A stretch of 64,000 bases of DNA from an uncultured Bacteroidaceae bacterium (GTDB taxonomy: Bacteria > Bacteroidota > Bacteroidia > Bacteroidales > P3): the NCBI GenBank assembly GCA_964606345.1, contig CAZSFV010000002.1, forward strand, positions 4,175 to 68,174, written 5' to 3'. The first letter of the stretch is position 1, and each line of letters starts with the position of its first letter. Below the pieces are notes generated by a model. It saw nothing but the letters and a program-made list of their open reading frames with translations. It ran no database searches and was not told the origin of the DNA. Shown here piece after piece: positions 9,745 through 19,345 of this stretch. The translations under genes and the position numbers were made by a program.

Positions 9745-11858
9745 TGAGATGTAAGTATATGATAGAGTTCATCTATCGTTTCCTGTGCTTCGTTGGTCAA
9801 TACGCCGTCACGGACGTATTCTTCAAGGAGTGGGATGATTTCAAACTCCAGCCTATTCTTCACATCGCTGTCGCCCTCCATGAGAAAGTAGCTGTGACCT
9901 ATCCATACATCTTCCGGCTTGTACTCCTCACACAGCGTTTCTGCTGGGATAAGCTTTACCCTGTCGCTAAAACCACTCTCTACATACTCATCATAATTTG
10001 CCACGAACAACTTGCTTACTTTGTGGAACAGCTCTACATTGAAGCCCGCCACTTCCAATACTCTCGGCTTCGCAGTTACAAATGCGAAACGTCTTCTGAT
10101 TGCGTAGTCGATTGTTTCAAGCGACCTGTCAGCAGTGTTCATTGTAGCTATCAGATATACGTTGGCCGGTATATAGAAAGGTTTCTTTGAATAGGGAAGG
10201 ATAACGCTCTCGGCATTCTTCCGTCCTTTTCGTTTGTCGGTTTCAAGCAGGGTTATCAATTCTCCGAATATCTTGGACACATTGCCACGATTTATTTCGT
10301 CAATGACAATGACGTATGGCTTGGTGTTATTCGTTAAGGTTTTGGACACCTCGTATTTGTCCAATAGTGTCTTTACCTTTTCCAAAGTCATGGCATTGAG
10401 ACGATAAACGGTGCCTAAGGTCATTGTTTTTCCGTCATTCATGCTGACAATGTCCTCATTTACTCCTTTGATTAACCATTTAACCCTTCGCAGACGTTTG
10501 TAGCCGTCAAACTCGTCATGCCATTCATAGTCTCCTGTGACAATGCCGATGGCATCGACGGTACGGCTCGAATAACAACTCATGACCACATCGCCAATCT
10601 TCATGGTGTTCATGAATGCATTGAGGATACTTCGTCCTTCTCCATCGTGGATAGACCAGTCTGTTTGCTCAGTGATATTCTCTCCATATCCATCCCATCC
10701 AATGCGGATATAACCATTTTTCATACAATCCCTTCTCACAGGATTGTCTCCTGTACCGCACAAGGACACCTTCCATATAGTGGCATCGTCTGAAATCTCA
10801 ATGTCTTTCTTTATAGAAAATGGCTTGTCAGCTTCATCACAGAGTCTTTTGAATATTCCAGGTTCAATCTCGTAGCTCACATGGTTGTTTTCCACCACAG
10901 GACGCAAACCCTCAAGCCAGTCCTCATAATCCATTGATTGATGGAAGGTGGTGAACATCACTCTTCTGTCATTCTTCAACTGGTTATACTCTGCCATCAA
11001 TTCTTCACGAGTGGCATTCTCTGCGTCAAACTCGGGGCTACACAGACGCACCACCAATTCGGGAACACAATATGTCTTGCCTGTCCCTGGAGCACCTTGC
11101 AATACAATGTTCTGACGCATCTTCCATAGGTTGACATAAAAATCGTACCACGAGCATTCATCGCCACCGACAACTCCGGTACTGCTGTTAAAAGCGCTCG
11201 ATGACAATTCCACAAATGATTTCTCGCGTATAGTGCCATTCTTCATCTTATCCTTGATTTCATTCACTATCTTCAAATACTGTTTGTATTCTGGTACTAC
11301 CATAGGGAGTTTGATACCATACTTCTGAAGCAAGTATGCTCTGTTGACGCTATCAAAAGCAAGGAAGTCATCGGGTCGAATCCAGAAAAGAGCCATCGTG
11401 ATCATAGTGAGTTTAATGCCATATTGCTTGATGACAACGTTGAACATGTCTTCAATATCCTCACCTTTTATAAGTTTCTCAAATAGACTCCATAGGTTAT
11501 CTATGTCTTTTTTTCCCCTCAGGTTTCTATATCCAAAGAAATAGGAACGTTGGTTGTTCAGTATGGGAATGCCCACAAAGTCTGCAGGTGCTTCACTATT
11601 TATGTTAAACAGCTTTTTGAACAGTTTCGCAGAGTTGATTCTTTTTTCTGACCTGATGCCTCTGTTGAGCAGTCCGAGAACTGAGAATGGATCCACATCT
11701 GTAAGTAAATCATCCTCACCTTTATTATCATGCAGATATCCTGCACACAACGAGTCTCTGTTCTCGTATATCAATGAGAGCAGAGAAGCACGGTCGTTGC
11801 GGTAGCTCATCAACTTTTCAGCAAACTCCTTATAAAAGGAAATCCATGTATATCTCAT
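9741..11858 (-). CDS. mcrB: McrB-like AAA+ GTPase with a long N-terminal domain and a ~160-aa insertion between Walker A and Walker B
   Basis: Walker A LQGAPGTGKTY; FTTFHQSMDYEDWLEG; Walker B and McrB signature YVIVIDEINRGNVSKIFGELITLLE; ATMNTADRS; AIRRRF. The ATG at 11858 is preferred over the TTG at 11909. Confidence 0.85.
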   Translation of the reverse strand: MRYTWISFYKEFAEKLMSYRNDRASLLSLIYENRDSLCAGYLHDNKGEDDLLTDVDPFSVLGLLNRGIRSEKRINSAKLFKKLFNINSEAPADFVGIPILNNQRSYFFGYRNLRGKKDIDNLWSLFEKLIKGEDIEDMFNVVIKQYGIKLTMITMALFWIRPDDFLAFDSVNRAYLLQKYGIKLPMVVPEYKQYLKIVNEIKDKMKNGTIREKSFVELSSSAFNSSTGVVGGDECSWYDFYVNLWKMRQNIVLQGAPGTGKTYCVPELVVRLCSPEFDAENATREELMAEYNQLKNDRRVMFTTFHQSMDYEDWLEGLRPVVENNHVSYEIEPGIFKRLCDEADKPFSIKKDIEISDDATIWKVSLCGTGDNPVRRDCMKNGYIRIGWDGYGENITEQTDWSIHDGEGRSILNAFMNTMKIGDVVMSCYSSRTVDAIGIVTGDYEWHDEFDGYKRLRRVKWLIKGVNEDIVSMNDGKTMTLGTVYRLNAMTLEKVKTLLDKYEVSKTLTNNTKPYVIVIDEINRGNVSKIFGELITLLETDKRKGRKNAESVILPYSKKPFYIPANVYLIATMNTADRSLETIDYAIRRRFAFVTAKPRVLEVAGFNVELFHKVSKLFVANYDEYVESGFSDRVKLIPAETLCEEYKPEDVWIGHSYFLMEGDSDVKNRLEFEIIPLLEEYVRDGVLTNEAQETIDELYHILTSQ

Positions 11859-11985
11859 ATTTGTTTTGGGTTGTGTTTCTTTGAATGTGTCTGAGGCTAT
11901 TTCTTTCAAGCCTGTAGAAACTCAGATGACGATGCAAATTTAATGAATTTATCTTTTCTGTAGGCATTTTATCGCTACATATCAT

Positions 11986-12024
11986 ATAAAAAGAGAGGAT
12001 ACACCTTTGTGTTCTCCTCTCTCT
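11986..12024 (-). terminator. Rho-independent terminator downstream of rplS
   Basis: agagagga (11992-11999) pairs with tcctctct (14-nt loop). The A-run at 11987-11991 is a U-run on the minus strand. Confidence 0.65.
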
Positions 12025-12045
12025 TTGCCTAATTGACAATTGCTT

Positions 12046-12399
12046 TTAGAACTTCTTCTCTTTGATTCTGGCTTTCTTACCTGTCAAGCCTCTCAAATAG
12101 AATATTCTTGCTCTGCGAACAACGCCTCGCTTGTTTACAACTATACTTTCGATGAATGGGGAAGCGAATGGGAATATCCTTTCAACTCCTATTCCGCCGG
12201 AAATCTTTCTCACCGTAAAGGTTTCTGTTGTTCCGCTTCCGGAACGTTGGATAACCACTCCTTGGAATGTTTGAGGACGCTCCTTGTTTCCCTCTTTGAT
12301 TTTGTATGTTACTGAGATTGTATCTCCTGCTTTGAATTTAGGATAGTCTTTTATCGTTGTCAAACCATCCACGTATTGCATCAATTCCGGTTTACTCAT
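12046..12399 (-). CDS. rplS: 50S ribosomal protein L19
   Basis: Full-length match to L19 by eye: ...[31 protein letters not shown]...[20 protein letters not shown].... Confidence 0.95.
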   Translation of the reverse strand: MSKPELMQYVDGLTTIKDYPKFKAGDTISVTYKIKEGNKERPQTFQGVVIQRSGSGTTETFTVRKISGGIGVERIFPFASPFIESIVVNKRGVVRRARIFYLRGLTGKKARIKEKKF

Positions 12400-12433
12400 T
12401 TCTATGTCTCCTATCGTGTTTATGGTTATACAT

Positions 12434-12781
12434 TTACTTCTTCACTTGATTAACAACTGCCTTGAAGGCTTCCGGATGATTCATCGCCAAATCAGCCAAA
12501 ACTTTTCTGTTTAGAGCTATGTTGTTTTTGTGAAGCAATCCCATAAATACCGAATATGATATTTCATTCAAACGGCAGGCTGCATTGATTCTGTTTATCC
12601 ACAATGCTCTGAACTCTCTTTTCTTTACTTTTCTATCTCTGTAAGCGTATGTCTGACCTTTTTCCCACTTGTTCTTGGCTACTGTCCATACGTTTTTTCC
12701 TCTGCCCCAATATCCTTTGGTGCGGTTCAAAATCTTTTTGCGTCTTGCTCTTGACGCTACTGCATTTACTGCTCTTGGCAT
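12434..12781 (-). CDS. rplT: 50S ribosomal protein L20
   Basis: [27 protein letters not shown]...AK....K...YAYRDRK.KKR.FR.LWI.RINAA.R. Confidence 0.95.
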   Translation of the reverse strand: MPRAVNAVASRARRKKILNRTKGYWGRGKNVWTVAKNKWEKGQTYAYRDRKVKKREFRALWINRINAACRLNEISYSVFMGLLHKNNIALNRKVLADLAMNHPEAFKAVVNQVKK

Positions 12782-12890
12782 AACTTTTTCGTTTTTTCGT
12801 ATCAGCGGTTCGGCTCTGCCAAACTCTTATCTGTGCTGAATACAATGGTTAATACTACCTGTTTTTACTTTGTTTCTGTTGCTGAATCAA

Positions 12891-13079
12891 CTAAATCAAT
12901 TCCTTGATTCTTCTCTCGTCTGCACTGCTGCATATTGTTGAAGAAGCCAATATTCTTTTTCTTTTGATGGACTTCTTCGTCAAGATGTGGCTGTGATAGG
13001 CGTGCTTACGCTTGATTCTGCCTGAACCTGTTACTGCAAAACGTTTCTTTGCAGCCGATTTGGTTTTCATCTTTGGCAT
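12891..13079 (-). CDS. rpmI: 50S ribosomal protein L35
   Basis: [36 protein letters not shown]. Confidence 0.9.
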   Translation of the reverse strand: MPKMKTKSAAKKRFAVTGSGRIKRKHAYHSHILTKKSIKRKRILASSTICSSADERRIKELI

Positions 13080-13153
13080 CTTTCTCCCTTTTAGATTTGT
13101 TTATACTATGTTTATTGACTGACAAACGCTGCTCGTTTGTCTCTTCCTTTTCT

Positions 13154-13708
13154 TTATTTTTTTGGAGCGATTATCATTATCATTCGCTTTCCCTCCAACT
13201 TAGGCATCATTTCCGGCTTACCATACTCCAATAAGGCTTCGGCAAACTTTAACAACTGCGTTTCGCCTTGCTCCTTATATACTATTGTCCTTCCTTTGAA
13301 GAAGACATCAACCCTCACCTTGTTGCCTTCTTGAAGGAAGCGTATGGCGTGTTTCAACTTGAAATTGAAATCATGCTCATCTGTCTGAGGACCGAGACGT
13401 ATTTCCTTGATGACTATCTTCGCAGATTTAGCTTTTATCTCTTTCTGCTTTTTCTTTTGTTCGTAAAGCAACTTTTGGTAATCAACCAATTTACAGACCG
13501 GCGGATTGGCATTAGGCGAAATCTCAACCAAATCGAGTTCAGCCTCTTCTGCCATTTTCAATGCCTCTTTCAACGAGTAGATTTTTGCCTCTATCCCCTC
13601 TCCGACCACTCTCACCATCGGAGCGTCTATCTTATCGTTTATTCTGTGTTGCTCTCCTTTCTTTGGAATACCTTTACCTCTGAAAGGTCCTTGTTGTGGT
13701 GTTGCTAT
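13154..13708 (-). CDS. infC: Translation initiation factor IF-3; probable non-canonical ATA start at 13708
   Basis: The IF-3 N-domain motif [16 protein letters not shown] extends upstream of the first ATG (13618). The frame is open back to an ATA ([27 protein letters not shown]...). infC classically uses AUU/AUA-class starts. Confidence 0.8.
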   Translation of the reverse strand: MATPQQGPFRGKGIPKKGEQHRINDKIDAPMVRVVGEGIEAKIYSLKEALKMAEEAELDLVEISPNANPPVCKLVDYQKLLYEQKKKQKEIKAKSAKIVIKEIRLGPQTDEHDFNFKLKHAIRFLQEGNKVRVDVFFKGRTIVYKEQGETQLLKFAEALLEYGKPEMMPKLEGKRMIMIIAPKK

Positions 13709-13756
13709 GACTTTTCCCTCCTATAAATTAGTTTGTACTATTCTTACTTTTATATC

Positions 13757-15691
13757 TTACTCCAACTCTTTTGCCACCATATTGTTCACAAGTTCGGCAA
13801 ATTTCTCTGTCTTCATGCTTCCCAAATCGCCTTCCGTATGCTTACGCACAGAAACCATATCCGTCGCTTCCTCTTTTTCTCCTACTACAAGCATGAATGG
13901 TATTTTGGCTATTTCGGCATCTCTTATCTTTTTGCCTGTCTTCTCATTCCTGTTATCTATACTGCCTCGCAAATCCATGCTCTCCAATTTGGCAAGAACC
14001 TGCTTTGCATAGTCTTCATATTTCTCCGAAATCGGCAATATTATGAACTGTTCCGGTGTAAGCCATAGCGGGAACTTGCCTGCTGTATGTTCTATCAATA
14101 CAGCCACAAACCTCTCCATTGAGCCAAACGGCGCTCGGTGTATCATAATTGGACGGTGTTTCTTATTGTCTGCCCCCGTATACTCCAACTGAAAACGTTC
14201 CGGCAAATTATAATCCACCTGTATAGTTCCGAGTTGCCACTTTCTGCCGATGGCATCTTTCACCATAAAATCCAGCTTGGGACCGTAGAACGCTGCTTCT
14301 CCTATTTCGCTGACTGTCTTTAATCCTCTCTCAGCCGATGCCTCAATGATGGCTCTCTCCGCTTTTTCCCACACCTCGTCTTCGCCAATGTATTTCTCTT
14401 TATTGGCAGGGTCTCGCAGCGATATTTGAGCCGTAAAATTATCGAACTTCAATGTCTTGAAAATATACAACACTATGTCTATAACCTTACAAAACTCATC
14501 TTTCAACTGCTCCGGCGTACAGAAAATATGTGCATCATCTTGTGTAAACGACCGAACTCTCGTCAAACCGTGCAACTCTCCTGATTGCTCATATCTGTAC
14601 ACCGTACCAAATTCTGCCAATCTTACCGGCAAGTCTTTGTACGAGTGCGGCTTTGCCTTATATATTTCTACATGATGAGGGCAGTTCATTGGTTTCAACA
14701 TGTACTCTTCTCCCTCAAACGGCGTTGTTATTGTTCTGAACGAATCTCGTCCGTATTTTTGGTAGTGTCCGGAAGTCTTGTACAGATTAACATCTCCTAT
14801 GTGCGGAGTTATGACCTGCTGATACCCGTACTTCTTTTGCACCTTGCGAAGAAACGACTCCAACCTCAAACGAAGTTCCGTTCCTTTCGGCAACCACAAC
14901 GGAAGTCCTTGTCCCACATTCTGCGAGAAAGTAAACAACTCCAACTCTTTTCCCAACTTTCTGTGATCTCTCTTTTTCGCCTCTTCCAACAGAGCAAGAT
15001 ATTCATCAAGTTCTTTCTTTTTAGGGAAAGTGATTGCGTACAATCGAGTGAGCTGTTTGCGTTTTTCATCACCTCGCCAATATGCTCCTGCAAGGGAAAG
15101 AACCTTTATTGCCTTGATAGGTGAAAAATCAACCAAGTGCGGTCCGCGACAGAGGTCGATAAAATTACCACTTTCGTAGAAAGTGATTGTTCCGTCCTTC
15201 AAGTCATTTATCAACTCAACCTTATATGTCTCACCTTTATCTTCAAACCACTTCAAAGCATCGGCTTTCGACACCTCTTTTCTTGTCAACGGTATCCCTT
15301 TCTTTGCGATTTCAGCCATTTTGGCTTCAATCTTCGGAAAGTCCTCGCTCGAAAGAACTTGTTCGCCAAAGTCTATATCGTAATAAAATCCGGTTTCTAT
15401 TGCCGGTCCAATGCCGAACTTCGCACCGGGATATAATTCCAAAATGGCAGAAGCGAGCAAATGGGCAGAGGTGTGCCAAAAAGTATGCTTTCCCTCTGCA
15501 TCGTTCCACGTATGAAGTTTCAAAGTGCAGTTGCTGTCTATAAGCCTGTTCAACTCCACCACCTCACCATTCACCGTAGCACATAAAACATTCCTTGCAA
15601 GTCCCTCGCTTATGCTTTTCGCAACCTCCGTGGCAGTAACGGGACTCTCGAACTTCTTAATCGAACCGTCAGGCAATGTTACATTTATCAT
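13757..15691 (-). CDS. thrS: Threonine--tRNA ligase
   Basis: 644 aa with N-terminal TGS domain, class II core motifs ([24 protein letters not shown]) and the classical thrS-infC-rpmI-rplT gene order. Confidence 0.95.
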   Translation of the reverse strand: MINVTLPDGSIKKFESPVTATEVAKSISEGLARNVLCATVNGEVVELNRLIDSNCTLKLHTWNDAEGKHTFWHTSAHLLASAILELYPGAKFGIGPAIETGFYYDIDFGEQVLSSEDFPKIEAKMAEIAKKGIPLTRKEVSKADALKWFEDKGETYKVELINDLKDGTITFYESGNFIDLCRGPHLVDFSPIKAIKVLSLAGAYWRGDEKRKQLTRLYAITFPKKKELDEYLALLEEAKKRDHRKLGKELELFTFSQNVGQGLPLWLPKGTELRLRLESFLRKVQKKYGYQQVITPHIGDVNLYKTSGHYQKYGRDSFRTITTPFEGEEYMLKPMNCPHHVEIYKAKPHSYKDLPVRLAEFGTVYRYEQSGELHGLTRVRSFTQDDAHIFCTPEQLKDEFCKVIDIVLYIFKTLKFDNFTAQISLRDPANKEKYIGEDEVWEKAERAIIEASAERGLKTVSEIGEAAFYGPKLDFMVKDAIGRKWQLGTIQVDYNLPERFQLEYTGADNKKHRPIMIHRAPFGSMERFVAVLIEHTAGKFPLWLTPEQFIILPISEKYEDYAKQVLAKLESMDLRGSIDNRNEKTGKKIRDAEIAKIPFMLVVGEKEEATDMVSVRKHTEGDLGSMKTEKFAELVNNMVAKELE

Positions 15692-15803
15692 ATTACGTCG
15701 TCTTTCAATCTATCAAGGCATTGTCATACCCACAAAAAACCGTGCAAAGATACGACTTTTTCTCATTTCCTTGCAACAAAGCGAGAATTATTTGAACACC
15801 ACA

Positions 15804-16295
15804 CTATTCCAAGTGAGGTATCGTACCGCCGTCGTCGTCCCTGTGATTACACGTAGGGCGACATACAAAAATCTGTGTAAATAACTTATTCAATGCCGGC
15901 ACTTGATGAGCCTCTAAGATATTTCTTATCTCAAAATACTGTTCGACAGACAAATGCAGCAATTCACCTTGGCAAGCTGTTACTTTCGCCTCCAACTGCC
16001 TAACCCTGACACTGTCGCTCGTCTCTTTCATAAGCTCCTGCATCAGACACTCTTGGTTGATATGAAGAGAATCTGCAACCAAAATTGCCTTTTTCTGAAA
16101 ACGTCCCTTGATTTGATTGTACAATTCCCTTTGCTTGTCGTTGAGCGACACAGTCTCACTCATATAACAACTTGAATTTTCGCACTTGGAATGTCCTTTT
16201 CCGCATTTTTCACCCCTCTGCACCAAAACCCACACATTTATACCGGTCAGTACAACGAGAATGAGTATCACAAAAATCACCGATTTCCTTTTCAT
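15804..16295 (-). CDS. Periplasmic Spy/CpxP-family 'heavy-metal sensor'-like protein with Cys/His clusters
   Basis: N-terminal transmembrane/signal segment; LNDKQRELYNQIKGRFQKK helix typical of the family; CGKGHSKCENSSC and CRPTCNH clusters. Its start overlaps the upstream anti-sigma ORF. Confidence 0.55.
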   Translation of the reverse strand: MKRKSVIFVILILVVLTGINVWVLVQRGEKCGKGHSKCENSSCYMSETVSLNDKQRELYNQIKGRFQKKAILVADSLHINQECLMQELMKETSDSVRVRQLEAKVTACQGELLHLSVEQYFEIRNILEAHQVPALNKLFTQIFVCRPTCNHRDDDGGTIPHLE

Positions 16296-16606
16296 TTTTC
16301 AATCTCCTCCCCTACCAAAAATTGTGGATAGTAATCAGAAAGAATATCGAAATAATTCTCCTTTGCAAAAGCCTTAAATCCTTCGCTTTCTTGCAATCCG
16401 GTCTGCATCGAAACTTCTTTATTCGATGTCAACACATTGACCATGAGCAACACTGCTGTCAACACCAAACAGAACTGCACTCCCTTTGTAACAAAAACAG
16501 GCATTCGAGATTGTTTCTCCCGCTCAATTCCTCTGCATATTCTGTCAAACATTTCGTCCGACACCGCCAACTTGTCTTTCTCTATAAATTCCTTCAGTTG
16601 CTTCAT
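16292..16606 (-). CDS. Putative anti-sigma factor (single-pass membrane protein)
   Basis: 104 aa with one central transmembrane segment (VQFCLVLTAVLLMVNVL). Has 4-nt overlaps with the sigma factor gene upstream and the periplasmic protein gene downstream. Confidence 0.5.
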   Translation of the reverse strand: MKQLKEFIEKDKLAVSDEMFDRICRGIEREKQSRMPVFVTKGVQFCLVLTAVLLMVNVLTSNKEVSMQTGLQESEGFKAFAKENYFDILSDYYPQFLVGEEIEK

Positions 16607-17160
16607 TTCAGTAACTCTCTATCTAATGATGTAATATACATTTCCATTGACTTTCTCGCCCTGTGAACCAAAACCTCCACAGAGGAAAGAGAACATTTCA
16701 TTATTTCCGCTATCTCTTTTTGAGGCAATTCCTCATACATGTAAAGAACAAAAGCCGTCCTTTGTTTCTCGGGCAAAGCCGTCAAAGCCTTCTCGAAATA
16801 TCCCTTATATTCATTTTCTCTCAACCGCCAGTCCGACCCTTCGCTCGTTGCATTTTCAAGCACTTTACGTTCCCTTCCGGCAAATAATCTGCGAACCTTT
16901 TGCTTTCTTATGAAATTGATGGATTTGTTCACTGCAATCCTGTAAATCCATGTTGACAGTTTTGAATTACCCCTATACGAACGTATCGAGCAGAACACCT
17001 CCACAAAAACCTCTTGAGCTATATCCTCCGCCTCGAAACGATCCCTGACCATCGCATAGCAAAGATTCAATACCTCCGATCCAAACTCATCAAACAAATC
17101 CTTGAATGCAGCACTATCCCCCGCTGCTATCCTCTCTGCCCTTGCTATATCCTGCTCCAT
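16603..17160 (-). CDS. ECF-type RNA polymerase sigma-70 family factor
   Basis: Region 2 AEDIAQEVFVEVFCSIRSYRG.SKLSTWIYRIAVNKSINFIRK. Region 4 ELPQKEIAEIMKCSLSSVEVLVHRARKSM. The ATG at 17160 is preferred over the TTG at 17217. Confidence 0.85.
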   Translation of the reverse strand: MEQDIARAERIAAGDSAAFKDLFDEFGSEVLNLCYAMVRDRFEAEDIAQEVFVEVFCSIRSYRGNSKLSTWIYRIAVNKSINFIRKQKVRRLFAGRERKVLENATSEGSDWRLRENEYKGYFEKALTALPEKQRTAFVLYMYEELPQKEIAEIMKCSLSSVEVLVHRARKSMEMYITSLDRELLK

Positions 17161-17227
17161 ATCAAACAATGTAGCGGGAACAAAACTCCCGTCCTGCTCC
17201 CGCCACACAAGATTCAAGACCTAAATA

Positions 17228-17518
17228 CTATTTCTTTACTTCTTTCGAAACTTTTTCAGCCTTAGCGTCTTTTTGGTGATGCTTGCATTGACCGGAACAT
17301 TTGTGATTTGCATCTTTCTTTCCGCAGCATTTATGCTCACCTGCTTTTTCCGCCTTTTTCTTGCACTCTCCTGAACATTTGTGATTTGCATCTTTCTTAT
17401 CCTTGCAACACTTATGCTCCGTTTTTTGAGGTTCTTGTGCTTTCTTTACAGGCTCTTGTGCCATACTTACAGCCCCTGCAAAAGTCAAAGCAAAGGCAAA
17501 TACGATTAGTTTTTTCAT
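17228..17518 (-). CDS. Small secreted Cys/His/Lys-rich repeat protein (putative metal-binding)
   Basis: Signal peptide MKKLIVFAFALTFAGAVSMAQ. Two copies of EHKCC.KKDANHKCSG.CK, also visible as a DNA-level intragenic repeat. Confidence 0.6.
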   Translation of the reverse strand: MKKLIVFAFALTFAGAVSMAQEPVKKAQEPQKTEHKCCKDKKDANHKCSGECKKKAEKAGEHKCCGKKDANHKCSGQCKHHQKDAKAEKVSKEVKK

Positions 17519-17561
17519 AACTTCAAACTGTTTTTATTGTTTCTGTTCTTTCCTTAGACGG

Positions 17562-17569
17562 CAAAGGTA
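17562..17569 (-). promoter_or_regulatory. Bacteroidetes -7 box (TACCTTTG on the minus strand) for the Cys/His-rich gene
   Basis: caaaggta on the plus strand, 44 nt upstream of the ATG at 17518. Confidence 0.45.
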
Positions 17570-17653
17570 GGCAAAACCTTACACATGGCAAAGAAAATTC
17601 CGCTTTATTTCTGCTTTTCCCCACAGAAACTCTACAAATTACTATCTTTTTAC

Positions 17654-17661
17654 TATCTTTG
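17654..17661 (+). promoter_or_regulatory. Bacteroidetes -7 box (TATCTTTG)
   Basis: 28 nt upstream of the ATG at 17689. Confidence 0.45.
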
Positions 17662-17688
17662 CAAAATCAAACAGCGTTATTACCAATT

Positions 17689-18423
17689 ATGTTCAAAGTA
17701 TCGTTAGTGGGCTTATTCCTCGTTTTTCAGTCATGCCTCGTGCTTTTCTCTCAAAATTACGATGACAACTTTTCCAAGCCGATAGTTACCGAAAACGGAA
17801 AGTTTCGCTACTACGAACTGCCTGCCATAAAAACCACCGAAGGCGAATTGATATTTTTGGACAGAAACCTCGGAGCTTTAAGCGATGATGTCGGCTCAAC
17901 CGATTCATGGGGTGATCTTTATCAGTGGGGCAGACCGACAGACGGACACGAGAAACGCTCCTCCGATACAATCCTGTGCCTATCGGATACATATGAAACC
18001 GGACATAATCGTTTCATTGTAGACGAACGAAAAGCCAACGATTGGCTAAGCAGTTCCGACGACGACCTTTGGCGGGAAGAGAACGGTCTTTCAAACCCTT
18101 GCCCATGCGGTTACAGACTGCCGACCGAAAAAGAATGGCGAGCCTTGCTCAACCTCGGATACGAAATAAAAACCACAGCAGAAGGATTTTACTATTTAAG
18201 CATAGCCGAGGGACAGTTGCTCTTACCGGCTGCCGGTTTACGAAGTGCCTATACCGGCAACCTCCTGCACATTGGCACAAGAGGTTACTATTGGGGTGCA
18301 AACAGCATAAGCCGCGGCACTTCGTCATGCATAGACTTCAATAAAGATGATATAACGACAAACATAAGCATATTCGGGTTCCGAGCCTTCGGTCGCAGTG
18401 TCCGATGCGTGAAAGAACATTAA
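17689..18423 (+). CDS. FISUMP (Fibrobacter succinogenes major paralogous) domain protein, secreted
   Basis: DRNLGA, GDLYQWGRPTDGH, CPCGYRLPTEKEWRAL, LLLPAAGLRS..TG.L...G..GYYW. Confidence 0.8.
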   Translation: MFKVSLVGLFLVFQSCLVLFSQNYDDNFSKPIVTENGKFRYYELPAIKTTEGELIFLDRNLGALSDDVGSTDSWGDLYQWGRPTDGHEKRSSDTILCLSDTYETGHNRFIVDERKANDWLSSSDDDLWREENGLSNPCPCGYRLPTEKEWRALLNLGYEIKTTAEGFYYLSIAEGQLLLPAAGLRSAYTGNLLHIGTRGYYWGANSISRGTSSCIDFNKDDITTNISIFGFRAFGRSVRCVKEH

Positions 18424-18439
18424 AAACAACAAATCTGAT

Positions 18440-19345
18440 ATGTCCATACTGAAAACCATAGAAGTAAGCAAACGATACTCCTCTCACCTCGTCTTGGACA
18501 AAGTATCCATAGACGTGCAAGAGGGCGAAGTCTTCGGACTTTTGGGACCGAACGGAGCCGGCAAAACAACGCTGATACGCATGATAAATCAAATAACAGC
18601 CCCCGACAGCGGAGAAATACTCTTCCTCGACAAACCAATGACCGGCACCGATACCAAGTACATAGGATACCTTCCCGAAGAAAGAGGACTGTACAAGAAA
18701 ATGAAAGTATCCGAACAAGCCATGTACCTTGCCGAGCTCAAAGGCATGAACCCTAAACAAGCCAAAGAACGCTTGGAATATTGGTTTGAGAAATTCGGCA
18801 TAAGCTCATGGTGGAATAAACGCTTGGAAGAGCTTTCCAAAGGAATGGCACAAAAAATACAGTTCATCACAACCGTTCTCCACCAACCGCAACTGCTCAT
18901 ATTCGACGAACCCTTCAGCGGCTTTGACCCGATAAATGCAAACCTGCTGAAAAACGAAATACTATCATTGCGAGACAACGGGGCAACCATCATTTTTTCC
19001 ACACACAACATGGCTTCCGTTGAAGAAATATGCGACAGAATAGTTCTGATAAACAAGTCTAAAAAAATATTGGAAGGCAAAGTCGACGAAATAAAACGCA
19101 ACTTCTGCGAAAACCTTTTCGAACTTATCATTCCCACAAACGACACATTACAACTGCCCGAAGACTGCGAAATAAAAGAACAAACCACCGACGACAAAAA
19201 TACAACACTCAAAATCAAAATACCGGCGGGACGAAATTCCGACCTTATCAGTTGCATAATGCAACAAACCGAATTACTTTCATACCGAGAACTCCTTCCC
19301 TCCATGAACGACATATTCATCAAAACCGTAAAAGACAATGAATAA
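18440..19345 (+). CDS. ABC transporter ATP-binding protein (ABC-2/NatA-like)
   Basis: Walker A GPNGAGKTT, signature LSKGMAQK, Walker B LLIFDEPFSGFD. Confidence 0.9.
   Translation: MSILKTIEVSKRYSSHLVLDKVSIDVQEGEVFGLLGPNGAGKTTLIRMINQITAPDSGEILFLDKPMTGTDTKYIGYLPEERGLYKKMKVSEQAMYLAELKGMNPKQAKERLEYWFEKFGISSWWNKRLEELSKGMAQKIQFITTVLHQPQLLIFDEPFSGFDPINANLLKNEILSLRDNGATIIFSTHNMASVEEICDRIVLINKSKKILEGKVDEIKRNFCENLFELIIPTNDTLQLPEDCEIKEQTTDDKNTTLKIKIPAGRNSDLISCIMQQTELLSYRELLPSMNDIFIKTVKDNE

Noticed and set aside
12046-12781. rplS (L19) lies directly downstream of rplT instead of in a trmD-rplS context. Also considered whether the Bacteroidales-1 RNA motif, which I recall as L20-associated, is present.
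   Set aside because: The rplT-rplS gap is only 34 nt, which is too short for a structured RNA. Gene-order variation of rplS is not in itself unusual.
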